From Hypanus sabinus (Eukaryota): 64,000 bases of DNA. The stretch is taken from contig NC_082715.1 in NCBI RefSeq assembly GCF_030144855.1, positions 145,204,001 through 145,268,000 of the forward strand. Direction: 5' to 3'. Every line of letters begins with the position of its first letter. Position 1 is the stretch's first letter. The position numbers and the translations under genes were made by a program. The notes below the pieces were generated by a model. The model saw nothing but the letters and a program-made list of their open reading frames with translations. It ran no database searches and was not told the DNA's origin. Below are positions 1 through 10,969 of this stretch, piece by piece.

Positions 1-641
1 ATCGCTCTTTAGCTTTTTGCCTTGTCGCTGCGTTTTCCTCCGGGGTACCACTGTAAAACGATTTCTTTATAAATTCTGTTTTGTAGTTTTGATATCCTAT
101 TGTGTGGATGGGTTCAACTTTTCAAATTAATGGAAAAACTGATTATAAAAACAATGACCCAGATATCCACATCTTCTGGATTTCATAGACATCTGAGAGT
201 TGTTTTCGGGCTTTTCTTCAGTGTCTATCACCTTGGTCCAAACAACACTTTAGGAGTTAATTGAGGGACTAAAAACTAGAAAATCCAAGTATAAAACCTT
301 AACTGGTATTATTTATTCACATTAAAATACTTCCATGATTTTCAGCCATTCACAATCCCTCCTTTACTGCGGCGAATCGCGGCATCTCCGAGGAGAGACA
401 AAGACACAGTATGTCAATCAAATCCATTGCTTCATCTCGCTTTTTACGTGAATAGCTGCGACGACATTTCGGAGTTTTGCCACGCGCTTTGCCATATCTC
501 TTTCAGGGTTTCTTATTGGTTCTGTGATTCATGTCCTTACGAGTATAACATCATGGAACATGCCAATAATCTGTCACGAAAGTTTGATTCCTATTTATAT
601 CAATTAATAATTCATTTCCCTGCACTTCTTTCTATCTACAG

Positions 642-964
642 GTCCGCGAAAACCCGCCGTATCCGTACTCCGACCGTCTGCGGAAGAAATTCGGGGACAG
701 GGCACCGCCACCCTGGTGTGTTTAGTGAGCGGGTTTAATCCGGCCGCTGTGAATATCGAGTGGACTGTGGACGGCAGTACGAGAAGGAATGGCGTTGAGA
801 CCAGCCGGATCCAGCAGGACGCCGACAACACGTTCAGTACGAGCAGTTACCTGACTCTGCCAGCCTCAGACTGGAACTCACACGAGCGTTACTCCTGCGT
901 GGTTAAACACGAGACTCAGGCAACCCCATTTCAAACAAACATCGCGCGATCCAGCTGTATGTAA
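642..964 (+). CDS. IGLC: Ig light chain lambda (type II) constant exon, cluster 1; its VJ lies upstream of the window
   Basis: Polypyrimidine tract and AG acceptor at 640-641. The phase-1 exon reads PRKPAVSVLRPSAEEIRGQGTATLVCLVSGFNPAAVNIEWTVDG...YSCVVKHETQATPFQTNIARSSCM*. It has both C1-set Cys, the Trp, the YxCxVxH motif and a penultimate Cys. The sequence type (ATLVCLVSGFNP, NGVETSRIQQ, RSSCM) is that of chondrichthyan lambda chains. Confidence 0.96.
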
Positions 965-993
965 TACAATATGTTTAGAGGCTGTTTCTTTAA

Positions 994-999
994 AATAAA
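994..999 (+). terminator. Polyadenylation signal AATAAA of C1
   Basis: 30 nt after the stop codon; present at the same position after all four C exons. Confidence 0.75.
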
Positions 1000-2009
1000 A
1001 CAAACGAATTTCATGTACAGATGTTAAATTTTTCATTGTAGCTGTCACATTTCGCAACCGGGGGAAAACAGGCATTGCGTCCTGCTGGACGTTCTTAAAT
1101 AGCGTTCGTTCTGAAATAAATATCATACATGTAATTTTATCCCGAAGTAATTAAAATCTACCCAATCTACTGTGGCGTTTTTGTCCGACAAAAGCATTAT
1201 TTTTCAACAGTTAGTGAAAATGATCAAACTTTGACATTCGATGAAATAAAATAGACAACGTCGCTATTGGGTAGGTTTTCCTCCCGAAGAAACCATAATC
1301 ACTGTGACTACATCAGGACAAGTGGTGTAATTACTTGTCAGCGAACTTTACATACATACTAAAAGAAATACTGATACTGCCGTTATTTGAACATCGTAGG
1401 CATATTCGATTTCCAGTTTTAGCATTGTATTCTTCATAGAAATTGTTTTTCTACACCTCGTCATATTCGGGAGACAAGGGCTTCTGTACTCTGTGTAAGC
1501 AGCAGCGCAGAGCAGAATAGCACTTATTAGAGTTCAAACTAACGAAATTCTTGCTCAAGTGTCCTTCAGAACTACAGGCTTCATTTGAGGTGATTTGGAC
1601 TTACGACACCTAACAAACATTGAAAATGGTAGTCCAAAGCATTTCTTGTAAATACAGTTAGTCGGTGGTTGATTATCTAAAGCTTTTTCGGGATTCAAAA
1701 CAGTGAAGCACTGAAGATATCGCACCGACATTTGTACATTAGTTTGTAGAATATATATAATGATAGCTTTCTGTGTGTAATGTAGAACACCGTGGCCCTA
1801 GTATAGAGGTCGAGAGAACGGTATCCTAAACATAAGATAAATATGTTCAATATATAACGTAAAAGATCATTTTCAGGCGAATGAAAATATCCATTGTACT
1901 CACATCTTTCTAACAGGTTATACAAGTTGTTTTATCTCGATAAGAAAAGAATAGCAAGAGCAAGTTTGCAACTAATCATTGAAATTCATACATGGGTTAT
2001 TGAAACGGG

Positions 2010-2370
2010 GACATTAATATCACGTGGTCCTCATCAGTCACTCTGGACTGAGGCCGTTGAACTTGCCTTCTCTGAGTATGGAAGGCCTGAGGAGTTCCCC
2101 GTAACTTTACAGCTGCTCAGACCAACCATTGCTCTGAGCAGGACATTTCTACACGTCCTGTAAACTGCGCAGTACTTTAAAATCACATTATATAAAAGTA
2201 AATTCCGGTATCGAGCCATAAAGTCTGTGTCCGCGGGGACATTCCAGTTACTGCGCGGCAGGTGCGAGGTTGTACTTGGTGTGGCAGAGCATTCAGTGTT
2301 GTGACAGGACGATAAAATGACCAGAACTGCGCTGGGATATTTTGGCAAAGGGCGTGGCTCACTTCAAACT
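2010..2370 (+). promoter_or_regulatory. Candidate 3' enhancer motif cluster downstream of C1
   Basis: CACGTG 2021-2026, kB-consensus sites at 2091-2100 (minus strand) and 2236-2245 (GGGACATTCC), GGCAGGTG 2257-2264. No transposon similarity that I recognise. Motif evidence only. Confidence 0.3.
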
Positions 2371-2429
2371 ATACAGCGAAAGATACGAATGATCGCGGTT
2401 AGTATGATTAAAATGCGTACACAAAAACG

Positions 2430-3710
2430 TTAACCATAGCATAGACCTTTTGACCCACGATCTTTTGCCCACATTTTAACCTAATCCAAGATCAATCTAA
2501 CCATTCCCTTCCACAGAGCCCTGCAGTTTTTTATTCATCCATTGGCCTCAGAGCTTCCTAAATGTCCCTGATATATATTTGCCTCTACCACCACACGGGC
2601 AAGGCTTTCCACGAACATACCACTCTGCGTAAAGAATATACATCTGACACCCTCTATATTTTCGTCCAATCAGTTTAAAGGTCTGCCCTCTCGAACATAC
2701 CGCTTTCACCCTAGGTAAAAGCCACTGGCTATCCATTCTATCTACTCCTCTTTTCTTATGCATCCCTGTCAGGTCGTCTTTCAACCGGCTTCATTCCAAA
2801 GCCAAAAGCCCTAGCTCTCTAAACCTATCCTGATAAGACATGTTCTCTAATCCAAGCAGCATCATAGTAAATCTCCTCTAAACCCTCTCTACAGCTTCCA
2901 CGTCCTTGCTATTCTGACCAGAATCAAACACAACAATGTAGGTGTGGTCTAACCAGAATTTTATGGAAATACAACATTAGCCGGCGGCCCCTGAACTCGA
3001 TCCCTCGACTAATGCAGGCAAAATGCCTTCTAAACAGCCCTATTGACAGGCGACGCTATTTTTGAGGGATCTATGTGAGTGGACCCCAGGAACCCTTTGT
3101 CCTCTACACTGCTAAGAATCTTCTCTTTAACCGTGTACTGCGCCTTTGATTCCACTCTTCCAAAGTCCATTATTTCACATTCTTCTGCATTGAAAGCCAT
3201 CTGATACTTGACAGGCCAGCTACGCATCCCATCAATGATCCCATTGTAAACTACAACAATCTTAACCACAGCACCAACAGCTTTGTGTCAACTGTCCCAT
3301 CGCCCTGTCCTTGGATCATAGCTCTCCATACCCCTCCCTTCCATATTCTTTTGACATTTAAAACTTGTATTACACATTGAACTCGAATCGCATGCACTGC
3401 TTCCAGTGGCATCTCGTTCCACACTCTCACTACTCTCTGTGAAGAAGCTCCTCCTCACGTTTCCCCCAAACATTTCACCTTTCACTCTCAGCCCATGACC
3501 TTTAATTCTAGTCTCACCCAACCCGAGTGTGAAAAGCCTGCTTACATTTACCCTATCTATTCCTCACATCATTTTGTATATCTCTATCCAATCTCCACTC
3601 ATTCTCCTATGCTCCAAGTAAGAAACTGCCAACCTCTTCAACCTTTCCACATAACTTAGGTCCTCAGGTCAAGAAATCATCCTTATAAATTTCCTCGGTA
3701 CTCTTTCAAT
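2430..3710 (-). mobile_element. Decayed CR1-type LINE 3' fragments (RT C-terminus and tail)
   Basis: Minus-strand fragments KGHGLRVKGEMFGGNVRRSFFT and YQMAFNAEECEIMDFGR are typical of CR1 ORF2 C-termini; many stops. Boundaries approximate. Confidence 0.8.
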
Positions 3711-3793
3711 TTTGTTGACATCTTCGCTGAAAGTAGGAAGGCGTCCAGAGCAGCACACAATATAGGAACGCCTTATTAACATCCATGTACAGA

Positions 3794-4308
3794 CGTCTGA
3801 CAGACAGACAGACATACTTTATTGATCCCGAGGGAAATTGGGTTTTGTTACAGTCGCACCAACCAAGAATAGTGTAGAAATATAACAATATAAAATCATA
3901 AATAATTAAATAATAATAAATAAATTATGCCAAGTGGAAATAAGTCCAGTACCAGCCTATTGGCTTGGGGTGTCTGACACTCCGAGGCAGGAGTTGTAAA
4001 GTTTGATGGCCACAGTCAGGAATAACTTCCTATGACGCTCAGTGTTGCATCTCGGTGGAATGTGTCTCTGGCTGAATGTACTCCTGTGCCTAACCACTAC
4101 ATTATGGAGTGGATGGGAGACATTGTCCAAGATGGCATGCAACTTAGACAGCATCCTCTTTTCAGACACCACCGTCAGAGAGTCCTGTTCCACTCCCCCC
4201 TCCCCCGAACTTCACTGGCCTTACGAACGAGTTTGTTGATTCTGTTGGTGTCTGCTACCCTCAGCCTGCTGTCCCAGCATACAACACCAAACATGATATG
4301 TACGTCAT
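3794..4308 (-). mobile_element. Rex1/Babar-like LINE 3' fragment with (CAGA)n tail
   Basis: Minus ORF 3957-4193 (RMLSKLHAILDNVSHPLHN...RCNTERHRK.F...AIKLYN) resembles the Rex1-clade RT C-terminus; tail CAGACAGACAGACATAC at the left edge. Confidence 0.7.
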
Positions 4309-4309
4309 A

Positions 4310-6780
4310 TACACCCCTCTACTTTTCTTAACTTCTATAGTAACTTTCTCGAAAAAGTCAATCAGGTTCGTGAGACAGGAACAGCCCCTCAAAAAGCTGT
4401 ACTGAATGTAATCAGATTATGCTTCTGCAAATGCACATAAATTCTGCCTTTAAGAATCAGTTCCAAAGTTTCACCACCACTGACATGAAGCTCCGGTCTA
4501 TAATTCCCAGGATTATCCCTAATCCATTTCTAAAACAAAATAATAATATTTGAGACCCTCCAACCTTCTGCTACTCCTCCTGTGTATATTAACAGCGAAA
4601 AGATTATCACCAAGAGGGAACATACTCTTTCCTCGCTTCCCGTAGTAACCAGGGAATGCCCCATTCGGCCCCGGAGCATTATGTCGTTTTTTCAAAAGTC
4701 CGACAATATCCTATTTCTTTACGTCACATGTTCTAGCATGTCAGCCTGTTTTAGGCTGGCCACACATAAGTCAAGGTCCCTCTAAGTGGTGAACACTGAA
4801 GACATTAATTCATTAATTCATTAAGGAACTCCCCTAACTCCTCCGACTAGTTCCTCTTCTTTTACTCACTCTAGTCATCCGTCTGTTCTTCACCTACGTG
4901 TAGACCGTCTTGGCGTTTTCCTTAATCATACTCGCCAAGCTCTTCTTATTCCCCCCTTCTAGCTCTCATAAATTCATTATTCAGCTCCTTCCTGGCTGCA
5001 TCGTAACCCTCAAGAGTTATGTCTAATCTCTCCTTCAAAAACCTTTAGTGAACTTTTTTTAATCCTCTTGTTGGGATGCTTCACATCTCTTGTCAACCAT
5101 GCCTCCTTCACCCTACCATCCATGTTCATTTGGGAGAACCCTACCCAGCACCCCATTAGCGTTCCCTACACAACTTCCACATTTCCTTGTTTATTTCCCT
5201 GATAATATTAGTTCCCAATTTCTGCTCACAAGCTCATGTCTAATAGCATTATAATTCCCTCTCCTTCAAAACAGCTGCTCTTATCCCTCTCCAAGGTTAT
5301 GGTAAATTAGGGAGTTGTGATTACCCACGAGCAACCAGACACCTGGCCTGTTCCATTGGCTAGCGCCAGATCCAGTAAGGCCTCTCCTCTAGTTGGCCTG
5401 TCCACATATTCAGGAATCCTTCATTAACAGACCTAACAAATTCTGCCCTGTCTAAATCTTTTGCATGTAAGCTGTGCCAATCATTATTAGGGAAGAGCGT
5501 GTTTTTGCAGCAGTCCAAAATCGACCTGCCGACCTACTCCTCGAAGTTCCTGTTGGGAGGTGTGCGCTGTACAATACTCCCATTAGAGTGACTGCAACTC
5601 CTCCTATTTCTGAATTCCACCCACTCTGCTACTTCCTCCGACTCCAAGCACATAGTTCCTTTTCTTTTACTCACTCTAGTCATCCTTCTGTTCTTCACCT
5701 ACGTGTAGAACGTCTTGGGGATTTCCTTAATCATACTCGCCAAGCTCTTCTTATTCCCCCCTTCTAGCTCTCTTACAAATTTCAGAAAGTCCAGTTCCAC
5801 CCACCCCCCCCCCCGAACTTCTCTGGCCTTACGAATGAGTTTGTTGATTCTGTTGGTGTCTGCTACCCTCAGCCTGCTGTCCCAGGACACAACAGCAAAC
5901 ATGATATGTACGTCATATACACCCCTCTACTTTTGTTAACTTCTATAGTCACTTTCTCGTAACACTCAAGAGTTCTGTCTAATCTTTCCTTCAAAAACCT
6001 TTAGTGAACTTCTTTTATCCTCTGGGTGGGATGCTTCACATCTCTTGTCAACCATGCTTCCTTCTCCCTACCATCCATGTTCTACTGGAAGATGCTACCC
6101 AGAACCCCACTAGTGTTCCCTACACAACATTCACATTTCCTTGTTCATTTCGCTGATAACATTAATTCCCAATTTCTGCTCACAAGCTTATGTATTATAG
6201 CATCATAATTCCCTCTCCTTCAAAACCATCTACTCTTATCCCTCTCCCAGGGATTGGTAAATTAGAGAGTTGTGATCACCCACGAGCAATCTGACACCTG
6301 GCCTCTTCCATTGGCTAGCACTAGATCCAGTAAGGTCTCTCTTCTAGTTTGCCTGTTCACATATTCAAAAATCCTTCACTAACAGACCTAACAAATTCTG
6401 CTCTCTCTAAATTCTTTTGCATGTAAGCTATGCCGATCATTATTAGGGAAATACGTGTTTTTGCAGCTTTCCAAAATCGACCTGCCGACCTACTCTACGA
6501 TGTTCCTGTTGAGAGGTGTGCGCTGTACAATACTCCCATTAGAGTACACAAAAAGTACACTGCAGATGCTGTGGTCAAATCAACACATACAAACAAGCTG
6601 GATGAACTCAGCAGGTCGGGCAACATCCGTTGAAATGAGCAGTCAACGTTTCGGGCCGAGACCCTTCGTAAGGACTCAATAGAGTGACTGCAACCCTTCC
6701 TATTTCTGAATTCCACCCACAGTGACGTGGGAACATCACTGTGGGAACATCAGCTTTTCCTGCCTTTGTGATAGCCATAT
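4310..6780 (-). mobile_element. Rearranged, decayed CR1-type LINE fragments (RT linker and endonuclease parts)
   Basis: Minus-strand remnants of the APE-domain region (GVLYS.., VEFRNRKG); internal duplication 4850-5590 versus 5660-6540. Confidence 0.65.
6546..6676 (-). mobile_element. 131-bp Penelope-like short insertion with hammerhead-like motif and 9-bp target-site duplication
   Basis: Flanked by CATTAGAGT (6537-6545) and CAATAGAGT (6677-6685). The empty site is visible at 5581-5595. The minus strand begins AGTC-CTTACGA-AGGGTCTCGGCCC-GAAA-CGTT-GACT. Confidence 0.7.
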
Positions 6781-7339
6781 TTTGGATCGGGAATGCGAAT
6801 GGTTCCTCCAAGAATAAAAAGACAAATACATGTTATCATCGTTCTTTACCTCATGGTTTTCCAATACCTTTCTTGATTTTCGAGCAACACGGGTGCGCGT
6901 TAAATGTTTCACAGAGATACAGACCGTAGTTTGATTAAGAGTCTTGGAATGCGCAGTATCTCTACGTTTTAGCAGATGAGGATTCTCCTGTTGTAACTTC
7001 TTCAGACATGTCATTTCCGTGCACTCCTGTACTGAAACATTGATAAGAGTCACATCAATGGCTAACGTGGAAAATAAACCTTTATGGTAGAGGTGTAATA
7101 TCTTCCCTGATCTAGATTGCTATTACTAGATTTAATTGGCTAATTATTCGGTCACAGCTGATGTTGATTAATCGTTTCGGCGCTGCTGAGCCATTACCTG
7201 TCTTCATCGGATGGACCATCATATAATCTCTTGTATATTCATTAATTCGTTGAACGCACTTGTTAGAAGTCGAAGGAATTTCAATCAGTATTTGAATCTG
7301 CCTTGAACGAGGGCAGAATAATAAGTGATAAAATGTTGT

Positions 7340-8010
7340 CATGGATAGAAAATTGATTGACTGACAAAAAATGAAGTTCAGACATTAAAGGGCGAGTCTC
7401 TGGAATGATATATCTCACAATCTGTGAAACAATTCAGGTCCTTCCACTTCGCTATGACAAAAACACAAATAGGTAATTACATTGTGAAGAGAAAGTCAAA
7501 AGGCTAGGGAGGGATACTGATAATCTAGTGGGTGAGCTAAAATCCGGCAAAGCAAAAAGAGGAAAAAGAAGAAAAGAGGGAAATAGAGTGACTGAGCTGG
7601 CATGAAAAATGCTTCAACAGCATATTTTCCAAACATTTGGAGATTGTAACCTTCCAAGTTGAAGAAGGATACGGGCATTTAGATCACGGTAGTATGTAAT
7701 TCACAAAATGCTACTATTCAGGTGCAAGTAACTAAAAAGGCTGGGATCATGTTAAGGGAATTATGTGCAAAATTTGGGGGTGTTATGCTTCGTGTGACAG
7801 GGAAATAAAGAACCAATTGTGGACTATGTACTGAATTCTTCTTACTTAAAAATTATCTGAATGTGTTAGAAGTTCAGAGGAAGCTTACAAGAACGATTTC
7901 GTTGGTGGTTCGGTATCCTAGGAGAAACTGTGTATAGGCTCGACTTCTATCTACTGGTGTTCATCAGAGTTATGGGACTTGACTGAAATCTAGTAGTCCT
8001 TAATAACAAT
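7340..8010 (+). mobile_element. Highly decayed CR1-type fragment, plus strand
   Basis: Residual similarity to the CR1 RT C-terminal region (TGGATAGAAAATTGATTG.., CAGAGGAAGCTTACAAGAA); no intact frame. Confidence 0.45.
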
Positions 8011-8059
8011 ACGTATGCTTCATAAACCTCGTAGTCCGAGGTTCTGCAGCTCGAAGGGC

Positions 8060-8520
8060 TCATGACAATACCTTCCGGCACCTGACGACCTGGGGAACCC
8101 GGGAGTAACACGAGACAGGCAGACCTGGGGAATCCGAGACTGGCGAATCATCTTCCAACAAGGTTGGTCGTCTCGAGATAGACCTGATAAACTGGAGACA
8201 GACCTGAGGAACTTGAGATACTCTTGGGGATCCCGAAAAAGGACTGGTCATCTCGAGATAGACATTGATTAAATTTGGGAAACATGAAATAAATCTGGGG
8301 AATATAGAATAAAACTCGGGAAAATCGAATAGTCCTCGGAAGCCTGGAGGGTCATGGCAGGCCCAGGAACCTTTAACAACACTAAAATTCTTGATAAAAG
8401 CCTTTAATGTGGTCTCGGCAAGCTCTAAACGTGGACTCGGAATTTGTTCTCCATAAACTCGGAATGAAGGCTCGAGACAGTCGGAAACCGAAGGAACTCC
8501 GGACGCCGCTTTACAAGTTC
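8060..8520. repeat. Internally repetitive GC-richer block, possibly an LTR-like remnant
   Basis: Recurrent AGACCTG(G/A)GGAA and GGTC(G/A)TCTCGAGATAGAC motifs; TG...CA-like ends but no matching target-site duplication. Confidence 0.3.
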
Positions 8521-9910
8521 CATTGGACCCTTATATCGCTGCGTTTTTTTAGTCACCGTGCAGACTGAACGCAAGTGCTGAGAAAGGACAGGCTGCCAAA
8601 TGGAGTCAGCGATCTTGCTTTATTCATAAGAGTTCCAACTGACAATCGGCGGCTCGGTAAAGCGACAACGAGAGAACTAACATTCTAAAAGCTAGGGCCA
8701 GCGAAATTAATAATTGGAAGACTGCTTAAATAATTACCGTATCCGAAAACCCCATGTCAATCAAAATAAACTTTAATAAGTTTAAACAGAAAACGCAAGT
8801 TTTTAACGAGTGTCGTTAAGAGAACTATTCACAAATAAAGGCTATTTAGAAAATTTGGTGCCCAATGCTCTAAGTCTTCCTGCAAGGGGGCGAAGAACTT
8901 ATAACATCCGTTGTTAGGTGGGAATCCTTTATCGCCTTACTTAAAGTATGCACCGTCATTCGACAGTTTTAAACCGAGCGTTCGTCTTCTCTTCTCGCTT
9001 CGGCATTAGTCTCATTGCTGCAAATTCATACTAATATCACCTTAAATGGAATGTTTAGAGCAATGTCTGTCTTTTGTTTTGTTTATGTACTTACCAAAAC
9101 AATCTAGTCGTTATCTCTCAGGAAAGTAAGAAAATCTTCATTCTTGTTTAATTAAAACGGGCAACATAATATCATACGATGCAAATAATTTTCCACACTT
9201 CATTCAGAATCAGTTAGCATTTTTCTTCCCTGCCAGCATTGCGCTATGATGACAAGTGCTTCCATTTTGACATTTAACTATCCATGAAAAGTCACGGGAA
9301 AAAGAATAAAGATTAAATGATAAAAGGAGAAAATCTTTCTTAACGAATAGCCAAAATAGAGAGGCGTCCAATCACCATGCCAATGGAACTGCAATGTAAG
9401 TTGAATCAGATGACAGAGTGCATAGATGAGAGGTGGAATTAGTAGGTGTTTTCAAAAGCTTACAGTCTGGAAATCATAGAAGTTTCAAAGAACTCCACGG
9501 CATGAGCAACTGCTTTGAGCATCCTTTGAACTCGGACCCCAGGATCCCTCTGATCCTTCACACTGCCAAAAGTATTAACATTAATACTATATTCTGCCAT
9601 CATATTTGACCTAAGAAAATGAACCACTTCACATTTATCTGGGTTGGACTCCAGCTGCCAGGATTACAGCACGGAAACAGGCCAGCTCGGCCCTTCTAGT
9701 CCGTGCCGATGCTTCCACTATTGGTTGTACTAATTGGCTACTATGTGATGTGACAGGCCTCCAATTCGTTGATCTGTTATCTTGTAAACTCTGTCCATAC
9801 CAGTAATGCACAATCTACATTCTTTCATACGTCTGATTGGACCGCGCCACACAATAACCTTCATTAAATCCTTAATGAAGCGTTGTCTTAAACAAATCCA
9901 AAGAGCTAGC

Positions 9911-10190
9911 ATTAGTGGTCACTTTATTAGGTACGCCTGCAGGTTCCTTAATGCAAATATCTAATTAGTCAGTCATATAGCAGCAGCTTAATGAACATGC
10001 AGACAATAGCAGCAGGTGTTGTGCGGACCAAACATCCGAATGTGGATGAAAAGTGATCTAAATTATTTTGAACGTGGAATGAGTGTTTGTGCCAAACGGG
10101 GTGGCTGAGTGTCTTAGAAATTGTGGGTTCCCTGAGACTTTCACCCAATAAAGTGCCTCATGAGTTTATGTTCGTGGTCTTCTCCTCCTA
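9911..10190 (+). mobile_element. Tc1/mariner-like DNA transposon left-end remnant
   Basis: TIR-like AGTGGTCACTTTATTAGGTAC, then a decayed transposase N-terminal region (..DLNYFERGMSVCAKRGGLSVLEIVGSLRLS..). Confidence 0.6.
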
Positions 10191-10969
10191 CAGCTTATTC
10201 ACTTCGAGGTTCGACGTATTGTGCGTTGAGAGCTGCTCTTCTGCACAGAACTGGTGTAACGCGTGGTTAATTGAGCTACTATCGGCTTCCTGTCAGCTAC
10301 ATCCAGTTTGGCCATTTTCCTTAGTGCTCGCTCTTTAACTTTTTTTTGTTTGCTTTCGTATCATTCTCTTACACCCGAATGAAATGACCACTGACTGTAT
10401 ATGAAAGAGTATAGAACATTTCACAAACAGCAGCTCGCTGAAAGTGAATAAGCATCGACCGACAGATATTACCGAGGTATGCCGGCTGGACTATTTGGAT
10501 TGTGACTAGAATGGCAAAGTTAACGTCACATTCAGGAAGGACGGGAAGATGAGAAAATGCACAAGGATTCATTCATACTGAATGCTGAATACAAAGAAAT
10601 GAAGGTGGATGGCCTATTTTCCGGGCACGGAGACGAACAGGTGGTCTGAAAAATAATAAAGCAAAATTCTCCTCTGCTAGATGAATCCTGGCAAGATATT
10701 AGGGCAATGTGCATCCGACGAAACAAAGGTTTTTTTGCCACAATTGCACGTTCATGATTATTGGGAATTATACTTCAAACTAAACGAATGGGGTGTGAGG
10801 TGCTCGTTAAATATTTTGGAATATTTTGGAACAACGTGTTCTTGCGCCAACCAAAGGACACTAAGAAGGAATTAGAGGCGGAGATTCCATTGGATTCAGT
10901 CGCAATTCCATTTATCAGAAGATCAGGGATGAGGCCGAGAGGCCTACTTCGTATCCTAAGTGTGACATG

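Noticed and set aside
405-411. CACAGTA, a heptamer-like sequence in the J-C intron
   Set aside because: One mismatch, no nonamer at 12 or 23 nt, and no adjacent coding segment.
427-1126. ORF-track entries 427-738, 604-831 and 878-1126 (and their copies near 37801-38500 and 56987-57670)
   Set aside because: Alternative-frame or antisense shadows of the C exon and its flanks; no independent coding signal.
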